A stretch of DNA of 64,000 nucleotides from positions 2,816,001 to 2,880,000 of the forward strand of contig NZ_JAQNDL010000001.1 of NCBI RefSeq assembly GCF_028368995.1. Direction: 5' to 3'. Each line of letters starts with the position of its first letter. Within the stretch, counting starts at the first letter, position 1. The notes below the pieces were generated by a model, which had not been told where the DNA came from, ran no database searches, and saw only the letters and a program-made list of their open reading frames with translations. Source of the DNA: Nannocystis bainbridge. Lineage in GTDB: Bacteria; Myxococcota_A; Polyangia; Nannocystales; Nannocystaceae. The position numbers and the translations under genes are program-made. Positions 16,262 through 29,175 of the stretch are shown in pieces.

Positions 16262-18505
16262 CTGCCGCCGCTCGAGGACCGGCCGGTCCGGTGGGTCGGC
16301 CGGATCATCGACGGCCGCTACCGGATCGTCGAGCTGCTCGGCGAGGGCGGCATGGGGGCGGTGTACGTCGCCGAGCACCTCAAGCTGCACAAGCACGTCG
16401 CGCTCAAGACGATCCGGGCCCAGTTCGCCGCCAACAGCCAGGCCGAGGCCCGGTTCACCCGCGAGGCCCTGGCCACCGCGCAGCTCGATCACCCGCACGT
16501 CGTCAGCGCGATCGACTACGGCCATTTGCCCGAGGGCGGGGCCTACCTGGTGATCCAGCTGGTGCGCGGTCACAGCCTGACGAAGCGGATCCAGCAAGGC
16601 CCGCTGCCGTGGCAACAGGCGTGCAAGCTGGGCGCCCAGATCGCCGACGCCCTCGCGGCCGCGCACGGCCTCGGCATCATCCACCGCGATCTCAAGCCCG
16701 ACAACATCCTGCTCGAGCCACGCGAAGGCGACGATTTCCACGCCCGCGTCCTCGACTTCGGCATCGCCCGCGTGCCCGCCCGCGAGGGCACCGGCACGAT
16801 CGCCGGCATCGGCCGACCGATCACCCGCATGGGCGCGGTCGTCGGCACGCCGGGCTACATGGCGCCCGAACAGGCCGTCGGCGAGAAGGTCGACACCCGC
16901 GTCGACCTCTACGCGCTCGGCGTCATCCTGTGGGAGGCGTGCACCGGCCGCTATCTGTGGGACGCCGAGGCGCTCACCGACCTGTTCGCCGCCCAGCTGT
17001 CGACCCCTGCGCCCCACCTGCACGCGGCGACGCGCCGGGAGATCCCGCCACCGCTCGCGGCGCTGGTCAATCAATTGCTGGCGCGCAAGCCCGGGGAGCG
17101 ACCGGCCAGCGCCGCCGCCGTGCGCGACGAATTGCGACGGCTGGCCCTCAGCGCCGAGGTCGACCTGATCCTCGCCGCCAAGCCCGGCCCCGGGTCCGCG
17201 ATCGCCACACCCGTGCCCGCCGGACCACCGGCGGCAAAGGCCTCACCCGCGGCGAATCCCGTCACTCCACCCCGCGGCATCGCTCCCCTGGCGAACGTCA
17301 CGCCCGCTCGCAACATCGCCGCGAGCCCCGTGACTCCCCCGCGCGGCCTGGCGAGTCCCGTCAATGCCCGCGGCCCCGCGGCGAGCCCCGCCTCTCCCTC
17401 TCGCAACGTCGCCCCGGCCCGGGACGCCGCGGTCACTCCGCCCCGCGGCATCTCCCCGCTCGCAGCACGCGGGGCCCCCGTCCCTCCCGGCGTCTCGTCG
17501 ACTCCGCCCGCCGCGGCGAGCCGCCTCACGCCTCCCCGCGGCATCTCGCCCGTCGCCGCCCGCCCCGCGCCGGCGACGAGCCCGACACCCGCCCGCGCCG
17601 CCGGCCCCTCCGCCTCCCATCCCGTCGTCACCGCCGGCCCCTCCGCCTCTTATCCCGCCGTCGGCAGCCCCACCATCGTCGGCACCACCGCCGCCGCCCA
17701 TTCCGGCGGCAACCCCTCCGCCTCCTATCCCGCCGTCGGCGGTCCCAACATTGGCGGCGGTCCCAACATTGGCGGCGGTCCCTCCGCCTCCTATCCCGCT
17801 GTCGGCGGTCCCGCCATTGTCGGTACCACCGCCGCCGTCAGCAATGTCAGCACCTCCGGCGCCGCCGCCTCTGCGCCCGCGACCGGTGCCCCCGCCAGGG
17901 TCAGCCGCGCCACTCCCCAGCCGAAGTCCGTCGCCACCGCCACGGCGATCCCTCGCATCGTCTGGCTCGGCGGGCTCATCGGCCTCGTGCTGATCGTCGT
18001 CACCGTCTTCGTCGCCACCGACCTGGCTGGCCGGGAGGACAGCTCCATCGCCGCAGCCGCCGCGCCCGTCGTCGCCGCTGGCGGCACGACCGGCGATCCT
18101 GCCTCGCCGGACTCGCGCCCGCGCTGGGCCGCGCTCGAGGCCCAGCTCGCCGAAGTCCCCGAGCTCTACGTCGACCACGCGCGGACCTTGTTGACCAGCG
18201 ACGACGCCCGCGCCCGCGAGCGCGCCGGCACGGCCATCGCCCTCGCCCCGCCCGAGGACAAGCCCACCATCCCCGAGTACCTGCGCAACCTCGCATGGTT
18301 CGAGCAGGTCACCGAGTGCGCCCACAAGCGCCCGATCCTCGACAAGATCCGCGACGCCGGCGACCCGCGGGCCCTGCCTGGCCTGCTGCGCATCGCCGCC
18401 ACCCCGCCCGGCGACTGCCGCGTCGGCACCATGCGCTTCGAGTGCATCGAGTGCCTGCGCGACGAGCTCGCCCGCGTCATCACCCGCTTCGAAGCTCGGC
18501 CCTGA
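16262..18505 (+). CDS. Hanks-type Ser/Thr protein kinase with Pro-rich linker, TM helix and C-terminal extracytoplasmic domain; start codon uncertain
   Basis: GRYRIVELLGEGGMGAVY, VALK, HRDLKPDN, DFG, GTPGYMAPE, D.YALG, TM at about 17955-18015. The frame is open from 16229, but its first ATG (16352) lies inside the Gly-loop. Confidence 0.9.
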   Translation: MPPLEDRPVRWVGRIIDGRYRIVELLGEGGMGAVYVAEHLKLHKHVALKTIRAQFAANSQAEARFTREALATAQLDHPHVVSAIDYGHLPEGGAYLVIQLVRGHSLTKRIQQGPLPWQQACKLGAQIADALAAAHGLGIIHRDLKPDNILLEPREGDDFHARVLDFGIARVPAREGTGTIAGIGRPITRMGAVVGTPGYMAPEQAVGEKVDTRVDLYALGVILWEACTGRYLWDAEALTDLFAAQLSTPAPHLHAATRREIPPPLAALVNQLLARKPGERPASAAAVRDELRRLALSAEVDLILAAKPGPGSAIATPVPAGPPAAKASPAANPVTPPRGIAPLANVTPARNIAASPVTPPRGLASPVNARGPAASPASPSRNVAPARDAAVTPPRGISPLAARGAPVPPGVSSTPPAAASRLTPPRGISPVAARPAPATSPTPARAAGPSASHPVVTAGPSASYPAVGSPTIVGTTAAAHSGGNPSASYPAVGGPNIGGGPNIGGGPSASYPAVGGPAIVGTTAAVSNVSTSGAAASAPATGAPARVSRATPQPKSVATATAIPRIVWLGGLIGLVLIVVTVFVATDLAGREDSSIAAAAAPVVAAGGTTGDPASPDSRPRWAALEAQLAEVPELYVDHARTLLTSDDARARERAGTAIALAPPEDKPTIPEYLRNLAWFEQVTECAHKRPILDKIRDAGDPRALPGLLRIAATPPGDCRVGTMRFECIECLRDELARVITRFEARP

Positions 18506-18697
18506 GGGCGGCCGCCACGCTCAAGCCCGGCCGCGAGAGCAGCGGCCACCCGCGAGGCGCTCGAGCTGGTCACCTGACCGCCGCCGGCTCCAGGGCCGCG
18601 AATTCACGGCTTTCGCCGTCCAGCGCCATTCACGCCGTGCACCACCGCACGGCCCGCGCGGCGCCTCGCCGCCGCGGCTCGGGTAGTCTCCGCGCCC

Positions 18698-20320
<1,623 letters not shown>

Positions 20321-20448
20321 GCCCGACCGGCGTGACCGTCGCTGCCGGCGGTCACGCTGTTCGCCCGCCGCCTGCGCGCCCGGCCCGCTGCCTGACCGTT
20401 CGGACAGGACACGAAGCCGGACCGCCGCCCGGCTCTACCTGACTCGAT

Positions 20449-20500
20449 GGACATGCCCCTGAGGGCATGTCCGATCGCACCTGTCCGTCGGCACATGCCC
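20449..20500. repeat. 14-bp-phased decamer array (4 units)
   Basis: GGACATGCCC 20449, GGGCATGTCC 20463, GCACCTGTCC 20477, GCACATGCCC 20491. Confidence 0.85.
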
Positions 20501-20529
20501 CGACGTTCAGGCGCCCGCGCCGGTCGGCT

Positions 20530-21339
20530 TCAGCCGCAGCTCTCGACGACCACCACGTTCTCGGCGCTGCAGTAGTAGTTGTCGCCGTTCGGCATGCAGC
20601 AGCCGATGCCGTTGACCGCCGTGTCGGGGCTGCACGGGTCGCCCTCCGCTGCGTCGGGCGGGCAGTCGATCGGGTTGACGCCGCCCGGGTCTTCGCCCGC
20701 GCCGCCGCAGCCGTAGTACTCGAAGCTCGCGTCCCAGCCGCAGTTGCCGTACGCCCCGCCGGTGGTCTCGGGCTCGGTCGTGCCGAAGGTCGTGTCCGGG
20801 TCTTCGGTGGTGACCCAGCCGGTGCTCGGCTCCGGCTCGGTCGAGCTCGCGCTCGTGGTCGAGCCGGTGCCGCCGCAGGCCGGCTCGTCGGGGAAGATCG
20901 CCCCGTAGCTGGCGAGCCCGTCGGCGCAGGCCTGAAGACACTGCTCCGTCACTTCGGGCGTGGCCCAGCACGTCCCCTCCGGCCCGTAGGCCATCTCGAT
21001 CTCCGCCAGCGAGTCGGGGTTGATCGCGCCGACGCACAGGATGTACTGCGGACAGTCGCCATACTCCCCGGTGGTCCCGGTGGTCCCCTCGGTCGGGCCG
21101 CCGGTCTCGGTCACGCCCGAGGTCCCGGTGCCGCCCTCGGTCGGGTCGCCGGTCGGGTCGCCGCCGCTCGGGTTGCCGCTCGGGTTGCTGGTCGGCCCGC
21201 CGCTCGGACCGGCCGAGGCCGTGAGGTTGCCGATCGTGTCGAGCGGGTCCTTGCTTTCGCCGCAACCGACGAGCGTCGCGGACACGACCAGGCAAGAGAC
21301 CAAACCAGCGAGGGGACGAGACAGGGACGCGGGGGACAT
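20530..21339 (-). CDS. Lipoprotein with Thr/Gly linkers and Cys-rich modules
   Basis: LVVSATLVG-C lipobox and two Cys-rich modules separated by T/S/E linkers. Confidence 0.8.
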   Translation of the reverse strand: MSPASLSRPLAGLVSCLVVSATLVGCGESKDPLDTIGNLTASAGPSGGPTSNPSGNPSGGDPTGDPTEGGTGTSGVTETGGPTEGTTGTTGEYGDCPQYILCVGAINPDSLAEIEMAYGPEGTCWATPEVTEQCLQACADGLASYGAIFPDEPACGGTGSTTSASSTEPEPSTGWVTTEDPDTTFGTTEPETTGGAYGNCGWDASFEYYGCGGAGEDPGGVNPIDCPPDAAEGDPCSPDTAVNGIGCCMPNGDNYYCSAENVVVVESCG

Positions 21340-21541
21340 CGACGGCGCTTCTACCAAGCACATCCGCCCCTCGCAAGCGCCGGCGGGGCCTCGCCGGGTC
21401 CTGGAGCCTTTGCCGGCCGCCGGACCGGACCTGTCCCGAGAGACATCTGACAGTCGCGCCTGGCCGCCCACCGCCCTTACCAGCGACAGGCCGCCCCGCC
21501 CGGGCCCGCGCGGTCGCGCGAGCCCGCGGGCAGCCGCCCCG

Positions 21542-22714
21542 TCAGGGCGTGCAGTAGGCGACCGTGCGACCCGCGTACTCGGTCGTCGCGCAGCCCGAGT
21601 AGCCCGCGGCCACGCAGTCGATCATGCCCGGCTGGTCCCACTCGCAGAACGAGATCGTCGCGCCGTCGCAGCTCTCGGGCCCATCGAGCTCGCACTGCGT
21701 GTTGACGAAGCCGCACGAGGCCCCGCCGGCGAACGGCCCCGCCTGCACGTAGCCGCAGCCCTGCCCGAGCGGCTCGACCGTCGCGCAGTCGCGGCGGCTC
21801 AGCTGCCCGCCGGCGCACGTCTCGAGCACGTCGCCGTCGCACTCCTGCGAGAAGAAGTCGCACGGCTCGCCGGTGCCGATGCAGGCGGTCGCGTTGCGCA
21901 TCGGGTCGAAGCCGCAGGTCTCGCCGGCGATCGTGAACCGCTGCTCGCCGTCCTGGCCGTTGATGAGCACGAAGCCGTTCTGCGTGCGGCAGTCGACGCG
22001 CGACAGGAACCCGTCCGGGTCGCACTCGATCAGCACGGCCGGGTCGTCCGGGTCGCACTTGGCCTCGGTCACCCCGTACTCGCACGGCTCGAGCCCGCAG
22101 CCGGCCCAGATGTCGACCCCGCACTGCTGCCCCGCCGCCGCGCAGTCGATCGCGGCGATCGGCGCGCCCTCGAAGTCGCAGGCGACCCACTGATCGCTCA
22201 CGCACAGGCTGTCACCCGGCTTGTCCTTGCAGGCGTCCGCGTGTGCCTCGGGCGGGGGCGAGCAGGCCCGCACCGTCGCGCAGTCGGGCGCCGCCAGCTT
22301 GCACTCCATCGCCTCGATCGACATGCGCATCGTCCCGGTCGACGACCACGTCCACGGCACCTCGAGCGCGTGCGCCAGGCAGGCCTGCAGCCCCATCGGC
22401 GTGCCGCCGTCGGCCTCGCAGGCGTTGATGCGCAGGCAGTCCTCGACCCGCGGGTCGGTCTCGGGCGGCCCCTCGCTCGTGCCCTCGCTCGTGTCGCCGC
22501 TGGTCGGCGCGCCGGTGGTCGGCTCGGTCGTGCCCTCCGTCGTCGGCCCCGTGGTCGGCCCGGTCGTCGGCCCGCTCGTCGAGCCGGTCGTCGACGCGCT
22601 GTCCGTCGTCGCGCTGTCGGTCGTCGCCCCGCCGTCGGAGCTGCATCCGGCCATCAGCGCCCCGCCGAGCGCGAGGGCCACGAAACTTCTATGTACATGC
22701 CAAGAACGCTGCAT
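21542..22714 (-). CDS. Cys-rich lipoprotein
   Basis: LALGGALMAG-C, Thr-rich linker, repeated C-D-G-x(3-5)-C modules. Confidence 0.85.
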   Translation of the reverse strand: MQRSWHVHRSFVALALGGALMAGCSSDGGATTDSATTDSASTTGSTSGPTTGPTTGPTTEGTTEPTTGAPTSGDTSEGTSEGPPETDPRVEDCLRINACEADGGTPMGLQACLAHALEVPWTWSSTGTMRMSIEAMECKLAAPDCATVRACSPPPEAHADACKDKPGDSLCVSDQWVACDFEGAPIAAIDCAAAGQQCGVDIWAGCGLEPCEYGVTEAKCDPDDPAVLIECDPDGFLSRVDCRTQNGFVLINGQDGEQRFTIAGETCGFDPMRNATACIGTGEPCDFFSQECDGDVLETCAGGQLSRRDCATVEPLGQGCGYVQAGPFAGGASCGFVNTQCELDGPESCDGATISFCEWDQPGMIDCVAAGYSGCATTEYAGRTVAYCTP

Positions 22715-22895
22715 GCCGCGAGGGTTAGCACGGCGACCTCGCGCGGCCACGTGACGATTCCGCCGCATGCCGCGGAGCGAGCTTGCGATTGCTCTCGCCC
22801 CGCGGGGCCGCCGCCGCGATCCGTCACGCCGAAGCGCCGCGATGTCGCACCCGATCCCGCACCCGCACCTGCGGAGCCTCCCCGCGTGCTCGCAA

Positions 22896-22947
22896 GGACA
22901 TGTCCCCATCGCCATGTCCCTATCAACATGTCGCAACGGTCATGTCG
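22896..22947. repeat. 14-bp-phased decamer array (4 units)
   Basis: GGACATGTCC 22896, CGCCATGTCC 22910, CAACATGTCG 22924, GGTCATGTCG 22938. Confidence 0.85.
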
Positions 22948-23121
22948 GTCGCGCGCGAGCGGTCGCGGGCGCGGCTGGGCGCCGGCCCGGGGGCGCGTTC
23001 GGGCGCCAAAGCGCGCATGACGCCCGTTTCCGCGCCCGCCGCGGCAAGGTTACCCGTCGGCCGTCGATCCGGAATACCCTCATCGTGGTCGGCCGTTGTC
23101 CGCCGACCGAGCGAGGCGACG

Positions 23122-25449
23122 ATGGCCACCCCAGGCGAATCTCCCAGCCCTCCGCCGCGCAGTCGCGGCCGCCGGGCCCTCTCGATCACCGCCCAGTTGC
23201 TGCTCGGCCTCGGCCTCGGCGCCGCGCTGACCGAGGTCGCCTTCTCGGTGCGAGACGGCGGCGCGTTCCCCCACGTCAATTTCTACGTCGCCGACCCAGA
23301 GCTCGGCGTCCGCCTCGAGCCGGGCGCGACGATGGAGTTCCGGCTCAAGCCCAACCCCTCGACGACGATCCACGTCAACAGCCGCGGCTACCGCGGCGAC
23401 GAGTGGCCGGCGCCCGGCGGCGACGAGGTGATCGTGGTCGGCGACTCGCAGGTGTTCGGCCTCGGCGTCGACGACGACCGCACCTTCGCGGCCCAGCTCG
23501 CGCAGCTCAGCGGCCGCCCGGTCGTCAACGGCGGCGTGCCGACCTACGGGCCGCAGGAGTACCTCGCGGTCGCGCGCGAGCTGCTGGCCGAGCGTCAGGC
23601 CAAGACCGTCGTGGTCGTCCTCAACTTCGTGAACGATCCATTCGAGATCGATCGGCCCAACCACGAGCGCCACGCGGTGTGGGACGGCTGGGCGGTGCGC
23701 AGCGAGACGGCGCCGGCGAGCGTCACCCAGTTCCCGGGCCGCAAGTGGCTGTTCTCGAAGTCGCACGCGTTCTACACCCTGCGCCGCTGGCTGCACGCGC
23801 GCGGCACCGTGAAGATCCCCGAGGACTCCGAGCTCGGCAGCCCCGTCGACGCCGGCACCCCCTCCGAGGGCGGCCTCGACGACCTCGTGCTCGCCAGCCG
23901 CTCCGCTCGCGCCGCCGCCGACGCCGAGCATCAGACCGCCGTCGCCGCGCTCACCAGCTCGCGCACCCGCCTCGACGACCTCGACAAGCAGCTCACCGAC
24001 CAGCGCGTCACCATCGACCGCAAGCTCGCCGCCGCCAGCGACGACGGCAAGCTCGGCAGCTTCCAGCTCGAGGTCGCCCGCGGCAAGCCCGGCGACATCG
24101 TCCGCGAGGACTACGGCGAATCGAGCCGTTCGGTCCAGGTCACCGCCAGCCTCATCCGCCAGGCCGCCAAGCTGCGCAACGACCAACTCGCCGCCCAGCT
24201 CAAGAAGGAAGAGAAGGCCGGCAAGACCGAGCTCCAGGACCTGATCAAGGCCGAGGCCGGCCTCGTCGCCGAGCAGCAGCGCCTGCGCAAGCAGATCGCC
24301 GCCGGCGTCAAGCCGCCCGGCCGCCCGCCGTCGCGCTTCCACGACTACCTGCAGCAGTTCAAGGCGATGTGCGACGAATACGGCGCCGAGCTGGTGGTGG
24401 TCGCCCTGCCGATCGACGTCCAGGTCGACCCCGGCGAGTGGGCCAAGTACGAGGTCCGCGACGCGCCCGACATGCAGGACTCGCTCATCTTGCTCGACGA
24501 CCTGGTCGCCGACGCCACCTCGCTGGGCCTGCGCGCGCTCGACGTCACCGCCGCCCTGCGCGCGGCCCAGCCCGGCGCCTTCCTCGATCACGACATTCAC
24601 ATGACCGCCAAGGGCCACGCCGCGTTCGCCGTGGCCCTCGCCGATCGCCTCGAGACCGCCCTGCCGGTCGCGCTCGAGGCCCCGAAGGACGGCCTGCCGC
24701 CCGGGCGCTCGTTCGTGCCGACGGCCGCCGAGTGGCCGGCCGCGCCGGAGGTCAAGGTCAGCGGCTCGACGGCGCTCGGCTGCTCGACCCAGATCGAGCG
24801 CGAGTGGTTGCGCGTGCAGTGCCGCCGCCGCGCCGCCGGCGACCGCTTCGGCGGCGTGGTGGTGAGCGAGGGCGCGACCCCGGCGACGATGGCGATGCGC
24901 ACGCTCGACGGCCTGTCGCTGGTCACGCCGCTGACCGTCGGCGAGCCGCTGACCGCCCGCTTCTACTGGAAAAAAGAGGTGCACGATCTGCAGATCCGCT
25001 GGCCCGCGGGCGAGGACGGCAAGCCGCGGTTCGCCGGCGAGTTCGTCAAGGCCGAGCTGACGATGCCGCCGGCCGACGCCGCCGCCGAGGCCGCGATCGC
25101 CGGCCTGTGCGCCTGCCACCAGCAGACCCGCAAGGAGCAACTGTGCGCCCAGGCCGGCAAGCTCGACAACGACTACGAGGACTACGCCTACGACTGCAAG
25201 GACGTCTGCAGCGACCTGTGGGGCGATCCTTCGCTGATCGCCGCCTGCACCCGCGCCCACCCGGCGGACAAGGACTGCGCCGCCCGCCTGGCCTGCGTCC
25301 AGAACGACCCGCTGTTCGCGCCCGCATGTCCCGAGGGACAGATCCTCGCGTTCGCCAGCAACACCTGCCGGAGCCCCTGCGACGAGGCCCACCCGTGCCA
25401 GGAAGGCGCCCGCTGCATGCCCTGGCACGGCGGAGGCGTGTGCCTGTGA
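23122..25449 (+). CDS. Membrane-anchored SGNH/GDSL-hydrolase-like protein with a coiled-coil insert and a Cys-rich tail
   Basis: N-terminal TM, VNSRGYRG, block I VVGDSQVFG, NGGVPTYG, block III FVND, block V DIHMT.KGH. Confidence 0.8.
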   Translation: MATPGESPSPPPRSRGRRALSITAQLLLGLGLGAALTEVAFSVRDGGAFPHVNFYVADPELGVRLEPGATMEFRLKPNPSTTIHVNSRGYRGDEWPAPGGDEVIVVGDSQVFGLGVDDDRTFAAQLAQLSGRPVVNGGVPTYGPQEYLAVARELLAERQAKTVVVVLNFVNDPFEIDRPNHERHAVWDGWAVRSETAPASVTQFPGRKWLFSKSHAFYTLRRWLHARGTVKIPEDSELGSPVDAGTPSEGGLDDLVLASRSARAAADAEHQTAVAALTSSRTRLDDLDKQLTDQRVTIDRKLAAASDDGKLGSFQLEVARGKPGDIVREDYGESSRSVQVTASLIRQAAKLRNDQLAAQLKKEEKAGKTELQDLIKAEAGLVAEQQRLRKQIAAGVKPPGRPPSRFHDYLQQFKAMCDEYGAELVVVALPIDVQVDPGEWAKYEVRDAPDMQDSLILLDDLVADATSLGLRALDVTAALRAAQPGAFLDHDIHMTAKGHAAFAVALADRLETALPVALEAPKDGLPPGRSFVPTAAEWPAAPEVKVSGSTALGCSTQIEREWLRVQCRRRAAGDRFGGVVVSEGATPATMAMRTLDGLSLVTPLTVGEPLTARFYWKKEVHDLQIRWPAGEDGKPRFAGEFVKAELTMPPADAAAEAAIAGLCACHQQTRKEQLCAQAGKLDNDYEDYAYDCKDVCSDLWGDPSLIAACTRAHPADKDCAARLACVQNDPLFAPACPEGQILAFASNTCRSPCDEAHPCQEGARCMPWHGGGVCL

Positions 25450-25491
25450 CGGCAGACGCGTCGCCAGCCGGCGCGGCGGGGTTGGCCGTTT

Positions 25492-25742
25492 GGGCATGTC
25501 CCGAGGGACATGTGCCGCGCAACCGCGCTCGGCTCGTGACATTATCCGAAGGACATGTCCCACGGGACACGCCATACCTCGGCAACCCGCTTGCAGGGCA
25601 CGTCACACGCGGCACCGTCGTCATCGATGGACATGTCCCGAGCGACATGTCTCCCGAATCATCCCGCGCTCTCGCGCCTCGCCCCGGCTCCGGCTCCCCG
25701 CGCCTCACATTCCCCAGCGGACATGTCCTTGTAGACATGTCC
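25492..25742. repeat. Cluster of short 14-bp-phased decamer arrays
   Basis: Phased pairs at 25492/25506, 25551/25565, 25629/25643 and 25719/25733. Confidence 0.85.
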
Positions 25743-25762
25743 CGCCGCCCCCGGAGCCCGCG

Positions 25763-26470
25763 ATGAGCCGCGACCTCACCGGCTTCCTCGCCCGCCTGCT
25801 CAGCCCCCTCGCCTGGCGCGGCCCGACGCGCAGCGCTCGCAAGCTGTACGCCTTCGCCCTCGCCGAGCAGGGCAGCATGCTCGACCTCCGGCTCGCCGCC
25901 GCGCGCACTCCTTCGCCGGCGCGGGCGGCCGCCTACCTGCGCCACGCCGACGACGAGGCCCGGCACGCGCAGATGTTCGCCCGGCGGGCCGCCAGGCTCG
26001 CCGGTGAGGCCGCCCGGCCGTTCGTGCTCCCGCCGCTGCGGGCCGACTCCGAGCGGCTGTTCGAGCTGCTCGGCGAGCGCGAATTCCTCGCCTTCGTGCA
26101 CGTCGGCGAGGAGCGGGCCCGGCGGCAGTTCGAGGCCTACGTCACATGGTTCAAGGGACAGGCGCGCGACCAGGACGCCGCCCTGTTCGAGACCATCCTC
26201 GGCGACGAGCGGCGCCACGGCCGTTACACCCGCGAGCTGCTGTTCGAGCTCGCCGGCGACCTCGAGGCCCGCCGGGCCCTGCGCCGCGTCGGCCGCTGGG
26301 AGCTCGGGCGTCGGTGGCTGCGCGCCGGCCGGTTCGTCGCCGAGCGCGTCTACCTCGTCCTCACCCTCGCCCTCTACGTGCTCGCCGCCCCGCTGGCCCT
26401 GCTCGTCCGCCTGGTCCGACCGATCCGCCCCGGCCTGCGCGCCGAGGGCTCCCGCATCCTGCCCGAGTGA
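25763..26470 (+). CDS. Ferritin-like (diiron carboxylate) protein with a C-terminal membrane helix
   Basis: FALAE...DEARH and VGE...DERRH (E...ExxH twice); C-terminal YLVLTLALYVLAAPLALLVRL. Confidence 0.8.
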   Translation: MSRDLTGFLARLLSPLAWRGPTRSARKLYAFALAEQGSMLDLRLAAARTPSPARAAAYLRHADDEARHAQMFARRAARLAGEAARPFVLPPLRADSERLFELLGEREFLAFVHVGEERARRQFEAYVTWFKGQARDQDAALFETILGDERRHGRYTRELLFELAGDLEARRALRRVGRWELGRRWLRAGRFVAERVYLVLTLALYVLAAPLALLVRLVRPIRPGLRAEGSRILPE

Positions 26471-26477
26471 TCGCCTC

Positions 26478-28183
<1,706 letters not shown>

Positions 28184-28187
<4 letters not shown>

Positions 28188-28450
28188 CCGCGCATGATCG
28201 CGGTGCTCGCGTCGCTCGTGAGCGAGAGGACCCCATGACCGCGCCCGTCGTGACCCGTCCGCCGCGCCCCGGCCTGCTGCGCCGCCTCGCCGCTCGCCTG
28301 CGCACCATCGGCGGCCTCATCCTCCATTTCCTCCACCCGGCGAGGTTCGTGCTCGCCCCGCTGCTGATCGTCCTGCTGCTCGCGGGCGTGCTGCTGTGGC
28401 TCACCGGCGGCCTCGCCTACGTGGCCCCGTTCGTCTACACGCTGTTCTGA
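28184..28450 (+). CDS. Small membrane protein, DUF5989/SxtK-like
   Basis: Hydrophobic core and the characteristic C-terminus APFVYTLF. ATGA overlap with the carbamoyltransferase stop; second in-frame ATG at 28235. Confidence 0.85.
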
Positions 28451-28511
28451 TCCTGGAAACCAGGACGCTCCCGCTTTCCGCTGGCGCAACTCACCGACTG
28501 ACGCCAAGCCG

Positions 28512-29075
28512 TCAGACCAGGCGATAGATCGCGTGGCGCAGCGGGCGAATCAGCTGGATCATCGCCTCGTCGCCCTTCAGCAGCGCCGCCGCCGTCAGGC
28601 ACGCCTCGGCCAGCACCACCTCGACCAGCTCGGGCGACAGCCCCAGCTGCTCACCGACCGCCCGCACCCGCGAGCGCTCGGCCGGCGACAGCCCGTCGAG
28701 GGCCGCCAGCAGCGTCCCGCCCGACAGCACGTAGAGCGCCAGCGAGCTGTGTGGCTGCACCACCTCGGCCACGTGCTCGGGCCGCACCTCCGACACGTCG
28801 AACGCCAGCAGGTGGCGCTGCGCCACCTCCGGCAGGCCGTGGCGGTCCATCAACCGCTTCAGCCCCGTGACCTCCGCGCCGCTGACCCCGTCGGCCGCCG
28901 CCATGTACTTCGACAGCAAGATCAGGTGCAGCTCGGTCTCGACGCTGATCTCCGCCCCCAGCCCGTGGACCGCGTGGTCGCGGACGCTGAGCTCGACGTT
29001 GCGGTACGTCTCGTCGTCGAGACCGTCGATTAGCTCCTGGACCGACGCCAGGATCGGGTTCGTCGCCGCGTTCAC
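28512..29075 (-). CDS. Hypothetical helical protein, TerB-like
   Basis: Two ADG(V/L)S.AE-type half-repeats (AAADGVSGAE and AALDGLSPAE...QLGLS). Confidence 0.65.
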   Translation of the reverse strand: MNAATNPILASVQELIDGLDDETYRNVELSVRDHAVHGLGAEISVETELHLILLSKYMAAADGVSGAEVTGLKRLMDRHGLPEVAQRHLLAFDVSEVRPEHVAEVVQPHSSLALYVLSGGTLLAALDGLSPAERSRVRAVGEQLGLSPELVEVVLAEACLTAAALLKGDEAMIQLIRPLRHAIYRLV

Positions 29076-29175
29076 GCGGTCCGTTTATAACCCACGCGTT
29101 CGCCGGCCCGCATGGGGGTCGCGCCGCCGGTCGGGCGCGATCTCGTCCGCGCCGCGTTCCGCGGCGAGCTCGACC

